Source: Eledone cirrhosa (lineage: Eukaryota). From it: a stretch of DNA of 64,000 bases. Of the stretch, positions 1 through 13,580 are shown piece by piece. The position numbers and the translations under genes were made by a program. The notes under the pieces were generated by a model, which ran no database searches, was not told the DNA's origin, and was given only the letters and a program-made list of their open reading frames with translations. The stretch covers positions 300,514,001-300,578,000 of the forward strand of contig OZ024741.1 of the NCBI GenBank assembly GCA_964016885.1, written 5' to 3'. Numbering within the stretch: the first letter of the stretch is position 1; every line of letters begins with the position of its first letter.

Positions 1-3000
1 AGAAATTGATCAGATAGAAATTGATCTGATAAAAATTGATCAGATCAACCTATTAGCACAAAGTCAGCGAAGGGAAAATGAAACATGTCTTAGTGAAAAT
101 TAGGTAAATTGTAACACTTTGAATCCCAGGGTTGTGGCGGAATCACTGACAACAGAACAAATTAAAGAAAGGATCGAAAAAGTGGAGGGAGTGCATGCTC
201 AAGATGAAACTCCAAATGAAAACAATGAGATTGTAAATGATAAAGAAATGAATGAGAATGAACTTGCCAACTTGAAGGATGAAATTATGATCGAATGGAT
301 GAAAATGAAAGAATATGACATGGGGGAACGAGACACCCTCCCTAAGATCCAGAACTCCAAACAGAACCAAAAGATAATACACAAGACTAACATAATTATC
401 AAAAACATTATCATCACAAACAAACTAAACATTACTCTATTATGCATCGGCTAAAGTCACCACTCACTTATGTGGAGTGAAGATGAAAAAGCAAAGGAAT
501 TCCCACAAGAAATCTACTTGGCAAGAGAACATCAATCGCCAAATAAACCTTCTCCGATCTGACATAGAAATTTTAACAAACTATAAAGTAGGTGAACATG
601 TTAAACAAACTAAACTTAGAAAATTGAAAAGAAAGTACAGTATAAAATCAACAAGTGACATAGACATGCTGATAGAAATAATCAAGCAAAAAGTGTCGGC
701 CAAAGCTGCTCGTATAAGGCGCCTTGAAAAACGATCTAGATTCTATAAGGACAATAATATGTTCAAAAACAACAAAAGAAACTTCTACAGAAAAATTGGT
801 AAGTCAACAATAACTGCTAAATCAATATCACCCAAGGAGGAAGTGCAAGAATTCTGGGAAAAGATCTGGGCCGAAGAAAAAATTCATAATATACATGCCC
901 GATGGATAGACAGGCAAATAAAAGATACAGCTCACCTTGAGGAACAAATATGGGAAAATATAACAGTTGAACAGTTGCGTTTGGCTCTAAGAAAAACCAG
1001 CAAATGGAAATCCCCAGGAAAAGACAAAATACAACATTTTTGGATAAATGCCTTCACAGAGTCTCATGAGCTGTTAGCCCAACTTTACAATGAAATAGTT
1101 AAGGAGCCAGAAAAGATAGCATCAGGGCTAGTTAACGGCATTACATTCCTACTTCCGAAGAATGTTGAGACAAACAATCCCAAAAATTACAGACCGATAA
1201 CTTGCTTGACCACAATGTATAAAATTTTAACATCAGTCCTAACTGAATATACATATGACCACCTGATAACAAATGACCTATTTCCCATTGAGCAGAAAGG
1301 GTGTAAACGAGGCTCATATGGCTGTAAGGACCAGCTTTTGGTTAACAAAATGATACTGGAAGATTGTCATAATTGACACAAAAATCTATCAATTGCTTGG
1401 ATAGATTATAAAAAAGCATTCGATAGTTTGCCACACAGTTGGATTGAAAAATGTTTAGAGATTTTCAAAATATCTCCTGCTGTCAGGAGGTTTTTGTCAT
1501 TCAGCATGAAGACATGGAGAACGACACTCCTTTTGAATAGTGAAACAAAATCACTGGAAGCTGGAGAAGTTAATATTAATTGTGGAATTTTTCAGGGTGA
1601 CTCTTTATCACCGCTTTTATTCTGCATCGCACTTATACCATTAAGTAAAATGCTCAATGAAACAAAGCATGGATATAAAGTCTATGACAAAACCATTAAT
1701 CACTTGTTCTACATGGATGACCTGAAACTATTTGCAAAAAATGATAAACAATTGCAAGGGCTATTATCCACTGTGGAGCAGTTCAGTGATGACATTAAAA
1801 TGGAGTTTGGACTAGATAAATGCGCCAAAGCAACGTTTACCAGAGGAAAGCTGCTGAACAGTTCAGACATTAATCTTGATCGAGGGAATGTGATAAGAGA
1901 ACTTGATCAAGAGGAAACTTACAAATATCTAGGTGTTTGTGAAGGAGACGGAATCAAGCACTCGACAAGGAGGGAAAGGATAAGGAAGAAATGTTACCGC
2001 AGAGTAAGAGCAATCTTAAGAACGGAATTGAATGCAAGGAATAGGATCGATGCCATAAACACGCTTGCCATACCAGTAGTAACCTACAGTTACAATGTCA
2101 TCAACTGGTCAAGCACAGAGATCCGTAGGCTCGATACAAAAATTCGAAAATTCTTAACCATGCACAGAATGCATCACCCTAAGGCAGATACAGATAGAAT
2201 ATATCTCCCTAGGAAAGAAGGAGGACGTGGGTTAATCCAGTTAGACATTGCCTTGAAAACTGCAACAATTGGATTATCTACATATCTAAGGGAATCACAT
2301 GATTGGATGATCAAACTCGTTTTGAAACACGAAAGCATCAAAAGATCATGCTCCATTACAAAAGATACACAAAGATACAGTAATGGACTACACATTTCAG
2401 AAGTCCCATTTACTGCTGAAATGGAAAACACAGAGAAATCAAAGCAGGTCTGCAAAGAAAGAAATGCTACAGAAACTGGCTAAGAAATAGCAAGAAAAGC
2501 CTCTCTCTGTATGGAAAATACCCAGAACGATCTAACAATCCTGATGTTGACAAAACTTTAACCCATCAGTGGTTGGCATCCTCTGGACTGAAATCGGAGA
2601 CTGAAGGACTGATTATATAAGCACAAGATCAGTGTCTGCCAACAAAAAATTACCAAGCCAACATAATAAAAAATGGATGCAGCCCATTATGCCGTGTATG
2701 TAAACAACAACCATAGACCATTGACCATATAATTTCAATGTGCAGTCCTAAAGCTCCAACCGAATACCTGAACAGGCATGACAGAACTGCACAATACATA
2801 CATTGGATAATGTGTAAGCATTTTGACCTGCCCCATCAAAAGAATTGGTGGGAGCATCAACCACCTCCCATACTTGAAAAAGATCACATCGCAATCTTGT
2901 GGAACTTTAGCATCCAAACAGACCGAAAAATAGATGCAAATAGACCTGATATAATATTGAATGACTTTAAAAAGAGGGTATGCCTGCTAATTGATATGTC

Positions 3001-3399
3001 CGTTCCAATAGACTAGGATGTATCTATAAAAACATTTGAAAAATTGAGCAAGTATAAGGACCTGGAGATAGAAATTGGAAAAATGTGGAAATTGAGAACT
3101 AAAACAATACCAGTGGTTGTAGGCGCTCTAGGAATGATACATAAGGGGTCTAATGATTACTTATCGCAAATCCCAGGAAACCCGCGTATAGGAGAAATAC
3201 AAAAGATAGTACTAATGGGAACTGCCCATATACTAAGGAAGATTCTGTCAATATAAGTACATCACAAGTCTAAACACCTGAAAATACATGTGTGAGTATG
3301 TATGTTCTTTCTTGAAGCTGGCGGACCTTGTTGTCTCTTGAGGTCACTGTTGTGACTTGGTGATAACACGTATGAACATAAAACAAGATAAATGCAGCT

Positions 3400-3430
<31 letters not shown>
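1..3430 (+). mobile_element. R4/Dong-clade RLE non-LTR retrotransposon, family A, degenerate; probably starts before the window
   Basis: Single broken ORF in pieces 119-454, 477-1376, 1428-2483, 2738-3016 and 3044-3256. RT motifs KSPGKD, YRPITCL, EQKG, IDYKKAFD, GIFQGDSLSP, YMDD; GGRGL; CCHC finger near 2690-2745; RHD; RLE motif RPDII..LIDMSVP..KY. Ends in (TAA)n at 3401-3430. Confidence 0.92.
119..3256 (+). pseudogene. Disrupted RT-RLE polyprotein of the Dong-type element
   Basis: In-frame TGA at 1374-1376 (reading continues HKNLSIAWIDYKKAFD), plus further stops and frameshifts near 454, 2460-2510 and 3016. Confidence 0.9.
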
Positions 3431-3431
<1 letters not shown>

Positions 3432-3680
3432 TAACCACAAGGGTTCACATAAAGTAGACATTAAGGACAGTACAGGACAATACAGGACGGTACAAATGGG
3501 CATTTCTGCGTGTAAATAAACAGAGGATGAAATAAAATAACAAAGAAAAAAACAAAACAAAGAAAAATTCCCCAATAGGGGGGAGACTTCCGAGGGACAT
3601 TTGTGGAGAAAGCCCATTAAAAGACCACAGTGACCTTGACCACCAGGGCAAGTGCCCTCTCCCAGTTTTCCACCCTTAAT

Positions 3681-6600
3681 TTACAGACCCATACTCAGAG
3701 AAGGCCCATTCATTCGGGCCATACTTGCTTCTCTCACCCATCTTTCAACAAAATGCTGGGAAGAGAGCATTTCCCTCTCTACCCTGATTTTCGTTTTCAA
3801 ATGAAATTTGAAAAAGTTAATCAGGGCATCACCGAAGAGGTAAGTGCTCGTCTTCAGCCCTTTCAAACGTGTCCACCATACTATCTCTTTCGCCATGGCC
3901 ACCAGACAGATAAAAACTGCCTGCCCTTCCCGGCTAAATGAAGGGGGCGGGGCAATCCTCACGATGGACTCAGCTGATAGCCTGATCCGTCCTACACGTG
4001 ACAGCAGGTTTTCGACATAAATCCACAAGTCAGCAATGCTCGGACACTGGACGAGTGCGTGCAGGACGGTTTCGTCGCCCTGCGCGCATCTCGGACATGC
4101 CCGGCTGACGGCACCTCCATGTCTGTAGAGTTTATCCCGAACTGGCAAAGCTCCCCGGTAGCACTGCCAGGCCAGGGATTTCTGGAAGTTGTCCATAGGC
4201 CCCGGCCCAAAAGTCCTTCCGAAGAGATTGGCTAGTTGATTTTCGTCGACTCCTAGAGTTTCTCCAAGTACGTCGTCGCTCTTACCCTCCACTAATCCCC
4301 TATAGAACGCCAAGGTGGAGATTCCACCGATCACATTGCCTGATTGGTCGAGGGCTGTGAGCGCCTGAAGACATTCCAGTCTCCAAGCGCTCCCTCTCAG
4401 TCTTCGCTTGACCCAGGACTGCAGCTCCGTCAAGGAGACGAGCTGGGGAAAAACGTGTCTAGCAAACGGCAACCACACCTGATCACCGTCGAGGAAGAGG
4501 TGGAGATGTCGTAGCCTGAGCGCGTGTCTGCGCATCATCAGCCACGGCATGCCCAGCCCTCCACGTAGCGGGTGTTGACAGCAGATGGACCGCCTGACTA
4601 TCGGAGCGCGTCCCTTCCACAAGAAGCGAAAGAGGAAACGCTCCAGCGCAGTCAGGCGGGGCTTAGGACAAGGTACGACGGTCAAGCGGTAGTAGATGAC
4701 GGAAGCGATGTACGCATTCGCCACCTCCGCTCGACCTTTCAGGGATAACTTCCTCTCGGCCCATTTCTGGGTGAGAGAAGCCACCCTGCTCGTCACCTCG
4801 TCCCAGTTTTTGTCCGTCTCGAGGTCTGGACCGAACCAGACCCCTAGCAATTTAACCGGTGCGTCCTTCCAGCGCCCGACAACGCTGTTGGACGGCATGG
4901 ACCTGCCTCTCCAGGTGCCGAGCTGCAGGCCCACAGACTTTTCCTGGTTGATCATTGCGTCTGTCACCGCTTCGTATTCTCTTAGTGTAGTGCCGATCGC
5001 CTCGATGTGTTTGGCGTTCGACACCACTACGGTGACATCGTCGGCATATGCTGACACGGATCTTCCGCATCCTAGTTCACGCGGGACCCCCCTCAACGTC
5101 TCCAGTTTGTGCAGTAATGGCTCGAGAGGCAACACGTACAATAGGGACGAGAGGGGACATCCTTGGCGGACCGAGCGCATGATGTTGAACGGTTCCGAAA
5201 GGTGACCGTTCACTCTCACTACAGAGCAGATGTCGCTGTGCCTGGCAGCGATCCAGCCTCTGAAGACGGGCCCAAAGCCAGCCGCCCACAGGACTGCCGC
5301 TAGGTAACGATGGTCGATCCTATCGAAGGCTTTCGACTGATCTAAATTGATCAAAGACCCACCCGTGCCAGGTTCCCTAGCTACCCTCTCTACGATGTAT
5401 CGCATGAGGTGGAGGTTGGCGTGGATGGATCTGTCGGGAATGGCGCATGTCTGTGCCTCTCCCACCAGAGCACCAACGACAAGCGCCAACCTCTTTGCTA
5501 GCACCTTGGCCAAAATCTTGAACTCTGTGTTTAGCAGAGTTATGGGCCTAAAATTATCTATGTTATCCCCCTTGTTCGGATCCTTTCTCAGCAGCGCCAC
5601 CACTCCTCGGCTCACAGAGCTGGGAATTCTCCCGTTCTGTTGCCAGTTGCAGTAGACGTCCGCCAAGAGGCCTCCGAACAAGTCTGGCATTTTTAGGTAA
5701 AGTTCATAGGGCAGACCATCCAAACCAGGCGATTTACCCCTTGTGCAGCCAGTCATTGCCTCCCGTACTTCAGCGGCTGTATCGGCTTTTCGCAACACTC
5801 CGCCTCAGTGGCCGAAAGCCGCGGCAGTCCGTCGAGGTAGACACTAAAGTCCATCCCTCGATCCGGCCCGCCACTGCCCCCGAACATTTGAGCGAAGTGT
5901 CGCTGAAAAGCTTCACACATTTGCCCGGGATCGAGTAGCATGCGCCCGTTGTGGTCCACTAAAGACCGGATCGTGGCTTTATTGCCCCGACGCGCCTCCG
6001 CCACTCGGGCCCATTGAACGGCTTTCGTCCCCTCGTGTCTGAGAGCACGCACCCTAGCTCTGACAACGCAGCCTTCGTGCTTTGCATTGAAGAATTGGTC
6101 AAGGGCCAATTTCGCCGCAAGCACGTCGGTCGCAATGCCTTTGCTAAGCGCCTCGTCTAATCTTCTAAATAGTTCTCCCTCTGCTCTATTTTTCTCTATT
6201 GCTAACGCCTTACTAAACCTAATGGATTCTATTCTAATCGCTCTTTTCACAGCAAACCACCACTTGTTGTTGACGATGGCCCCCGTCAACGCCCGCTTAA
6301 CTAGTTCGCTAATCCGGTCTCTGTAGGCCTTGCGCGCTGGTAAGGACGCGTTTAGCTTCCAGTAGCCGGCTCCTCGTCTATGAAGCCTATCTAAGTCAAG
6401 CACACAGATCACGAATTTGTTGTCCGTGTAGCTGACTATCTTGAATTGTGGACAGCCTATGCTAGACCTATCTATTTCCCTACAAAATACTCTATCTAGA
6501 TATGATCTGGATGACCCTATGCGATTTGTCCAAGTCCACATTGGTACATTCAGGAAATCCATTCGGTACCTGTCAGACAGTTCAAAACACCTGAGCAGGT

Positions 6601-7097
6601 TGGTGAGACTCATGCACCCTCCTTCCCTTTCAACTAATCCCACACAATCCCAGCGTGCATCTAAGATCCCGTTCCAGTCGCCCACTAGCACTAAAGAGCG
6701 GGACGTTCCAAGAAGGTCTCCAGACGCCGGAAGAAATCAGGCCGCCCTGCTCCTGTCGGGGCATAGACGGCCACTAACCTGAAAGCTTGCCCGTCTCCGC
6801 TGGTCACGTCCAGCACCAGCAACTTACCTTCTGGGTCCAGGAAGATGGCCCGTATGACAAGATCCAAACCTCTCCGAAAAAGCACAGCAACTCCTCCCCC
6901 GATCCCGGACGGCTGGGAGATGCGTACACATCGTAGCCGCCGAAGATCGGTGCGAAAGCCCGTGCTTCGGAGATTCTGGTCTCGCTGATGGCCACTACAT
7001 CTATGTTTAGTGACCTGAGGTCGTTGAGCAGGTGGCCCTGCTTCCATGACGACCCCAAGCCACGCGCATTTATGCTGCCTATCCTGAGTGTGGTCAT
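3681..7097 (-). pseudogene. Tx1-type ORF2 (APE endonuclease, RT, CCHC knuckle), about 3 frameshifts
   Basis: MTTLRIGSINARG..ISET, VYAP, GDWN, SYLDR (APE); KSPGLDG, FRPITLLN, LDQSKAFDR, RQGCPLS, YADD (RT); CPRC-x8-H-x4-C at the C-terminus. Split over ORFs 6804-7097, 6691-7131, 5753-6691 and 3681-5798. Confidence 0.92.
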
Positions 7098-7136
7098 GTT
7101 GAAAGGGAGTGGAAAAGATGGGAAAGATCACTTACC

Positions 7137-9121
7137 TTACTTCTCGTAGGGGAAGGACGGTTTTTCCATCCTTTTCACTGCTTGTGGCCTCCTCAGGAAG
7201 GATGTCCTTATAAATCCTCCTGGAGAGTGCTTGTCGGAAGTCTCCGATGTCTTTGGGGAATTTTTTTTTAGTGTCATGTACGTTTTCTGTGTGATGCGAG
7301 TGATTTGTATGTGTGGAGGTGGTGTGAATTTTTGGGTTGTTGTGTAGTCTTTTTCTCTGATGTTGGTGTTGTGTTGGATGTAGTGTAATAATTGCTTGTT
7401 GTTCAAATTTAATGCTGTGTAGTGTGTATCGTTTTGGTTATTTTGTTTTGTTTGCGTTTGTTGTGGGTTTGTTTCTGTTTCGCATTTTGGTGACTTTTGT
7501 GGTGTAGGTGATGGTGGTGTTGGGGTTAATGATGGTGATGGTGTTGGTGTTTGGGTTGATGGGGTTGGTGATGCTGGTGTGGATGGTGGCATATCTGTCC
7601 TAACTTTTTTGTTTGTTAATTTATTTGTTTCCCTCTGTATTTTGTTTTTGGAGGGGGAAGGAAGAGAATTTTTTTCTTTTTTGGTTTCTTTTTTTTTTTC
7701 CTGATACCGTTTCCCACTCCTCGTCGTCACAATCTGTCTCCAGTTGTGATAGGCCGGGGAGTGGAAAATCCTCCACAGGCGTTAGTTTTGGTTGTGGCGT
7801 GGTGGATGGTGTAGGCGCTGGTGCTAGTTCTGAAGCGTTGGGTGGTGGTGGTGTTGGTTTTGCTGGTGGTGGTGGTGTTGGTTTTGCTACTGTTGCTGGG
7901 TTTGTTGCTGTTATAGTTGCTTCTGTTGTTGCTGCTACATTTGTTGCTGCCATCTCTGCTACTGGTGGTGTTGATGGTTGTGTCAATGGGGTGGGTAGGA
8001 GAGGTGGTCTCAACCTTTTAGCCTGAGGGCAGAAAGCCCTTAGGTGGGTTCCTTCACAACAAACGACACACCTAGGTCTTCTGCCCTCGACAATTACGGT
8101 GAGGTGGCTGCCGTCAGTGAGGTCTATTACCTCTGGGATCTCCTCAATGCTTTTTTGGTCCGCTTGGATCAGGAGCTCCATCCCAGATCCGGACCAGTTC
8201 TCCTGCTTTTCTTTTGCTATTGCTATTATTTTTGTGTTGGCTTCGATGCCGGCGAGGACGGCCGCTATTAGCCAGGGAATTTCGATGGCCGGTGGAACGT
8301 GGGTCACCCTGATCTTTACGAGTCTCTGGCCACAATAGCTTGGGACGAGTGTGAAGTCGTCACTTCTTAATGGGGCCATGGAGTGTTCTCTAGCCTCCTC
8401 TGGTGTTTCAAAGAACACGTCCACGGTTCCATACTTCTGCCCACGTCTGATGTGGGTTTTTCTTGCTCACACATGTCCCAAAGCTTTTTGGATTTGGGAC
8501 TCGGATGCCCGTTCCACTCGGCGCGATTTTACATTTATTGTTCGATACGACACGGTGCATAGGCGCCGATGCTCCATTTTATTAGGTGGGGGTGAGGCTG
8601 ACCCTGTACCCATCTTTCTTTACCATTTGTTTGGCATTTTCTAAATCCTCCTGAGTTACCGTAAATGCTTCGAACTGTTTTGCTACTCTGGCAAAATTGA
8701 GGGTGGTTTTTTTAATGTCATTGTTGTTGTTATTGCTATCGTTATTTTTGTTATTATTAATTTTAGTTTTAGTTGTGTTGGTGGTGACGTCAGTCGTCTT
8801 TGGTGGGGAAGAGTCCATTTTGCTTGATTTCATTTCGACATGACGAGTTAATTTATTTTTTACTTCTTTTGTTTCTGTTGTCGCGGTGGTGGTGGGGGTG
8901 GGGGTTCTCGCGGTGGTGGTGGTGGTGGAGGCTTTAACACCTGCAGTCATTGGTAACGGCGGGAAATGAACGTCTGCCTGAGACAAATTTAAAATATTGC
9001 TACTGCTTATATATTTTTTCGTGTTGGCAAACGTAGTAACATTTACAATGGTGGTGTCGGTGTGAGGTGTTAATTTGTGAGAAAGGCTTTCAGCTGCTTG
9101 GTGCAGTGGTGAATTAGCCAT
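7137..9121 (-). pseudogene. Tx1-type ORF1 (gag-like, zinc knuckle, Pro/Thr-rich), frameshifted
   Basis: ORFs 8582-9121, 7621-8424 and 7137-7730. C-x2-C-x4-H-x4-C knuckle CVVCCEGTHLRAFC. The overlap of the last two pieces coincides with a homopolymer run at about 7688-7699. Confidence 0.8.
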
Positions 9122-9331
9122 TTTTGTTTCAAAGAAATTTTTTGATAATCATAAAAGTTTAAATTTTGGGCACAAGGCCCCAATCCTTTTGGGTGTCCTT
9201 TTCGGAAAACAATGTATGTGCGCTTATATATAGTTAACAATAAAAATTTTCCATAAATGGCAATTTTTAACAAACGGAAATAACAAACCTTTGCGGAGCT
9301 CACGATGATACGATTTACTACGTAGGTCGCC

Positions 9332-9360
<29 letters not shown>

Positions 9361-9362
<2 letters not shown>

Positions 9363-9538
9363 GAAAATTGGCCCCGCCACGCTTTTTGGAACGCTTCGAA
9401 AGGCATGCTTGCTGGGAACAGCAAGAACCCTCCGAATATCTGAGGCTGCAGGTAGTGGCTTGATATTCATTTCAACAAACTTTCCAGTTAACTAACATCA
9501 ATGACTGAGACTCAAAGAACAATAATAATAATAATAAT
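9361..9538 (+). mobile_element. 5'-truncated Dong family B fragment (3' end only)
   Basis: Matches 11950-12130 (aagaaaattggcccc...ctcaaagaacaataat). Flanked by (TAA)n on both sides. Confidence 0.9.
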
Positions 9539-9853
9539 GCTTGCTTTATTAACCACAAGGGTTTACATAAAGTAGACATTAAGGACAGTACAGGACAGTA
9601 CAGGACGGTACAAATGGGCATTTCTGCGTCTAAAAACAAAAACAGAGCATGTAACAAAAAATATCAATGAAAAATACCTCAATAGGTGGGAGACTTCCGA
9701 GGGACATTTGCGGAGAAAGCCCATTAAAAGTCTACAGTGACTCTGACCACCAGGGCGGGTGCCCTCTCCCAATTTTCCACCTTTAATTTACACACACATA
9801 CTCAGAGTAGGCCCATTCACTCGGGCCATTCTTGCATCTCTCACCCATCTTTC
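9539..9853 (-). mobile_element. 5'-truncated Tx1 fragment (3' UTR and ORF2 C-terminus)
   Basis: Homologous to 3431-3748. Retains the AATAAA GCAAGC terminus; followed by an A-run and (TAA)n at 9854-9910. Confidence 0.9.
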
Positions 9854-9868
9854 AAAAAAAAAAAAAAA

Positions 9869-9910
<42 letters not shown>

Positions 9911-9913
<3 letters not shown>

Positions 9914-12130
9914 CTAACCAACAGTAAATCACCAGGCCCAGATGGTGTGCAGGGGTATTGGATTAAAAATGTAACATCCCTCCACCCGAAACTGACAACC
10001 ATGTTCAATGACTGCTTGATGTCAGGTGAGGTACCAGAGTGGTTGACAAAAGGTACCACAGTTCTGGTAATGAAAGACCGAATCAAGTGTAATGATGTTA
10101 CCAACTATAGACCTTTCACATGTCTGTCCGTAATGTGGAAACTGTTGACAAGCATTATGTCTGAGGAAATATACCATCACCTCCACACAAACAACTTGTT
10201 ACCGGACGAACAGAAAGGATGCCGAAAGAAGTCCCGTAGTACAAAGGACCAGTTACTTATTGATAAGATGGTAATGAGGAATTGCAAGAGGAGACACACT
10301 GGTCTTGCCATGGGATGGATAGACTACAAAAAGACATTTGACATGGTACCTCATTCTGGGATCACCAAAAGCCTAGAGATCTTCAAGGTGGCACATAACA
10401 TCAGACAGTTGTTGAGCAAAAGTATGAAGTCCTTGAAAACAGAGTTAACATCAGCTGAAGAATCCTTGGGAGGCGTGAAGATCTTCCAGGGAGATAGTCT
10501 GTCCCCTCTGTTGTTTGTCCTTGCCCTGATGCTCCTGACCATTATACTGCGAAAAGTGAGAGCAGGATACAAGTTGGGAAAGGAAGAGCTTACCATCACT
10601 CACCTCCTCTCCATGGACGATCTTAAGTTCTTCGGGAAGAGTGAGAAGGAGTAGGATGTGCTTGTTGACACTGTCCGTATTTTCAGCAATGATATATGTA
10701 TGCAATTTGGTATTAGTAAATGTGGAGTGCTTGTGATGAAGCGGGGTAAATTTAGCAGAAGCAACGGAATCCAGGTACCAACAGGTGAGAATATAAAGGA
10801 AATTGACACTGAAGAAGGATACAAGTATTTCGGTATTCTGGAGGCTGATGACATCAAGAACAAAAAAATGAAGGAATTGAAAAGATCTGAATACATTCGG
10901 AGAGTAAGGAGCGTATTAAAGTCACATCTGAAGGAATACTATAAGAGCAGTAAATTCCCGAGCTGTGTCTATTATTAGGTACAGTGCGGGAATTCTGAGA
11001 TGGAATGTTGCTGAACAAAAAGAAACGGATAGGAAGACTAGGAAGCTATTGACTATCTACAACAAATTCCACAAGAGGCGTGATGTCGATAGACTCTACT
11101 TAAGGAGATCTGAAGGTGGAAAAGGTCTTATCAGCATAGAGGTCTGTGTTCAGATGGAGAAAAACAACCTACACAAATACGTGACCGAGGGTAAGGAGCC
11201 AATGCTCAGAATTGTACTGGTCTATTGACAATAGACCAGGGGATGTCCAAGGAGGAAATAACAAGGAGAAAGAGCAGCCTTCATGAAAAATCCCTTCATA
11301 GTACCTTCTTTGAGAAAACGGAATTCAGAGATCCACAGACATGGAACTGGTTGAAAAGAGGAGACCTTAAAAAGGCTACAGAAGGAATGCTAATGACTGC
11401 GCAGGAGCAAGGCCCTCAAAACGAAGTGGCTGAAACACCATATTTACAAGGAGGAGGCTAGCCCACTGTGCATGATCTGTGGAGAGAGAGAGGAGACTGT
11501 GGCTCACATTGTATCCGAGTGTAAACACCTATCCCAGACTCACTATAAAGGCTGGAGACATGATGTGATGGGCAGGGTGATCCACTCGCACCTATACAAA
11601 GTAAACAATTTACCACATTCTGAGAAGTGGTATGAGCATAAGCCTGAGTCGGTGATAGAAAACGATCAGGTGAAGGTGCTATGGGATTTTAGGATACAGA
11701 CGGACAATAAACTGGAACACCCATAGACCTGACCTGGTTGTTTTGGACAAGGAAAAAAGATCGTGCCTGATTGTGGATGTGGCCTGCCCATTCGAAACGA
11801 GCGTGCAAGAGAAGGAGAGGGAGAAAATTAACCGATACCAGGACTTAAAGTGGGAGGTAAAATGGATTTGGAACTGCCATGAAGTCAAAGTGGTCCCGAT
11901 TGTCATAGGCGCACTAGGTTATATCTCAAAAAGTTTCCAGGGATGGTTAAAGAAAATTGGCCCCACCCCGCTTTTTGGAACACTTCAAAAGGCATGCTTG
12001 CTGGGAACAGCAAGAACCCTCCGATACGTAGTGAATATCTGTGGCTGCAGGTAGTGGCTTGATATTCATTTTAACAAACTTTCCAGTTAACTAACATCAA
12101 TGACCGAGACTCAAAGAACAATAATAATAA
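9911..12130 (+). mobile_element. 5'-truncated R4/Dong RLE LINE, family B, degenerate
   Basis: KSPGPDG, YRPFTCL, EQKG, IDYKKTFD, IFQGDSLSP, SMDD, GGKGL, CMIC..H..C, RHD, PD..D..KY across ORFs 9911-12054; (TAA)n tail. Confidence 0.9.
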
Positions 12131-12173
12131 TGATTTATTTATTAACTATAAGGGTTTACATAAAGTAGACATT
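12131..12173 (-). mobile_element. About 40-bp Tx1 3' tip
   Basis: tttattaactataagggtttacataaagtagacatta matches 9546-9581 and 3431-3463. Confidence 0.7.
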
Positions 12174-12249
12174 ATTTTTTAAGTCTGACCATTTCAAAAT
12201 ATTGTTTTTTGTTTTACCTTGTTTTCGTTCGTTGTCTTGTCTCTTTTTG

Positions 12250-12251
<2 letters not shown>

Positions 12252-12341
<90 letters not shown>
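12252..12341. repeat. (TA)n microsatellite
   Basis: Direct reading. Confidence 0.95.
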
Positions 12342-12702
12342 AATACCAAGTTTAAAGAACAGTTAGATGAAATAAAATATACCCAATGTTTCTTCTCCCT
12401 AGTCCGTAGACATCAACTAGATAAATAATCATTTAAACGGAGCTAAGTTTTAAATGTAACTTCGAAGATATAACAGATAAATGATACAGACTCTCCCCCG
12501 CGAGGAACAGTCAGATAAATTTACCCTGTCTTTCTTCTTAGCCTGTAGAAATTATGTAGACAAATAATAAATTAATGTTCTTCAAACTAGCAATTTTATA
12601 TAGCTCTGATTAATAATTATTTGCTTAATTAATTTTTTCATTGAGACACACCGCTGATCAACACATGCTCACATAATTATCTCACAATAAATTCACCCAT
12701 AA

Positions 12703-12920
12703 TCATATCCTAGAGTCTTTCTCAACCCATGAGGCTCGTCAGGCCGGTGCTTAACCCTGCTTCATGGCGTGAAGCGATTGAGAATATAGGACAACTCCAT
12801 TGACAGGGCGCCAGTCCATTGCAGGGTTAAACCTCAAGCTATTACTGGTACTCATTTTCAGCTTAGTAAACTGGAGCATCATGAAATGAAGTGTTTTACT
12901 CAAAAGCACAACACACGACC
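12703..12920 (-). mobile_element. Probable CORE-like SINE, degenerate
   Basis: The minus strand reads gttgtgcttttgagtaaaacacttcatttca..., resembling the CORE/MIR-like gtgtccttgagcaagacactt motif. Recognised from memory, not searched. Confidence 0.5.
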
Positions 12921-13580
12921 CATCCCATTACTTCAGAAAAAAATATATTTGTGTGTATCTTGTTAAGAATTGGAGATCTTGCCCTGCATTTCCTAACAGG
13001 TAGAGTGAGTTGATGCTAGAATGGGCATCCGTCCCTAAACGAGAGCTTGAAAAAAGCACAATAAAAATATTATTAAGCCTGTTTCGGAACCTGCAAAATT
13101 TCCTTTAGTTTCTGTTAATGTAATAAAGGAAAACGACAGGAAATTTTTTTCGGAGAATGTGGTTAGTATCAAACATATGAATTTGCAGTATAAGAAATAT
13201 TTCGTTTCCATAATAATCCAGAATAACCAATATCCTTTTCCAGTTGATGAACATATTCAAGACCATAAACATACAGAATATATTGCTTATACACGCAATA
13301 ATGTTATTTTTCAGTAAAACTGTCAGTGTGTTTACATAACGTAATTTAAGAAAATATGAGATAGCTATTTTATGTTCTTATTTCGTCTGATCACTTACTG
13401 TCATTATTAATTCTTTTTCTCGTTAATATTCAGATCTATAAAACATTCTCCTCAAAGCTTCGCTATTTCGAATTATAGCAATAAAAACTGAAAGTTCTCT
13501 ATAATATAAAGTGAAAATCTGATTGATTTTATACAACAATGTGTCTTTTCCGTTTGCTATGTGTGGCAAATATGTTAAAT

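Larger units (their letters stand above)
3431..9331 (-). mobile_element. Apparently full-length Tx1/L1-clade LINE (ORF1 + ORF2), frameshifted
   Basis: 5' UTR about 9122-9331, ORF1 9121-7137, ORF2 7097-3681, 3' UTR 3680-3431. Flanked by (TAA)n at 3401-3430 and 9332-9360. Confidence 0.92.

Noticed and set aside
1374-1376. In-frame TGA as possible selenocysteine or readthrough
   Set aside because: Simplest explanation is CGA>TGA decay in a copy with several other lesions; family B has Arg/Lys codons here.
7098-7140. Intron-like Tx1 ORF1-ORF2 spacer (AG/GTAAGT plus pyrimidine tract)
   Set aside because: Too short, and no acceptor AG before the ORF2 ATG.
9737-9910. N-terminus of the 305-aa ORF with poly-K/poly-N
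   Set aside because: Chance read-through from antisense Tx1 sequence through the A-run and (TAA)n into the truncated Dong RT.
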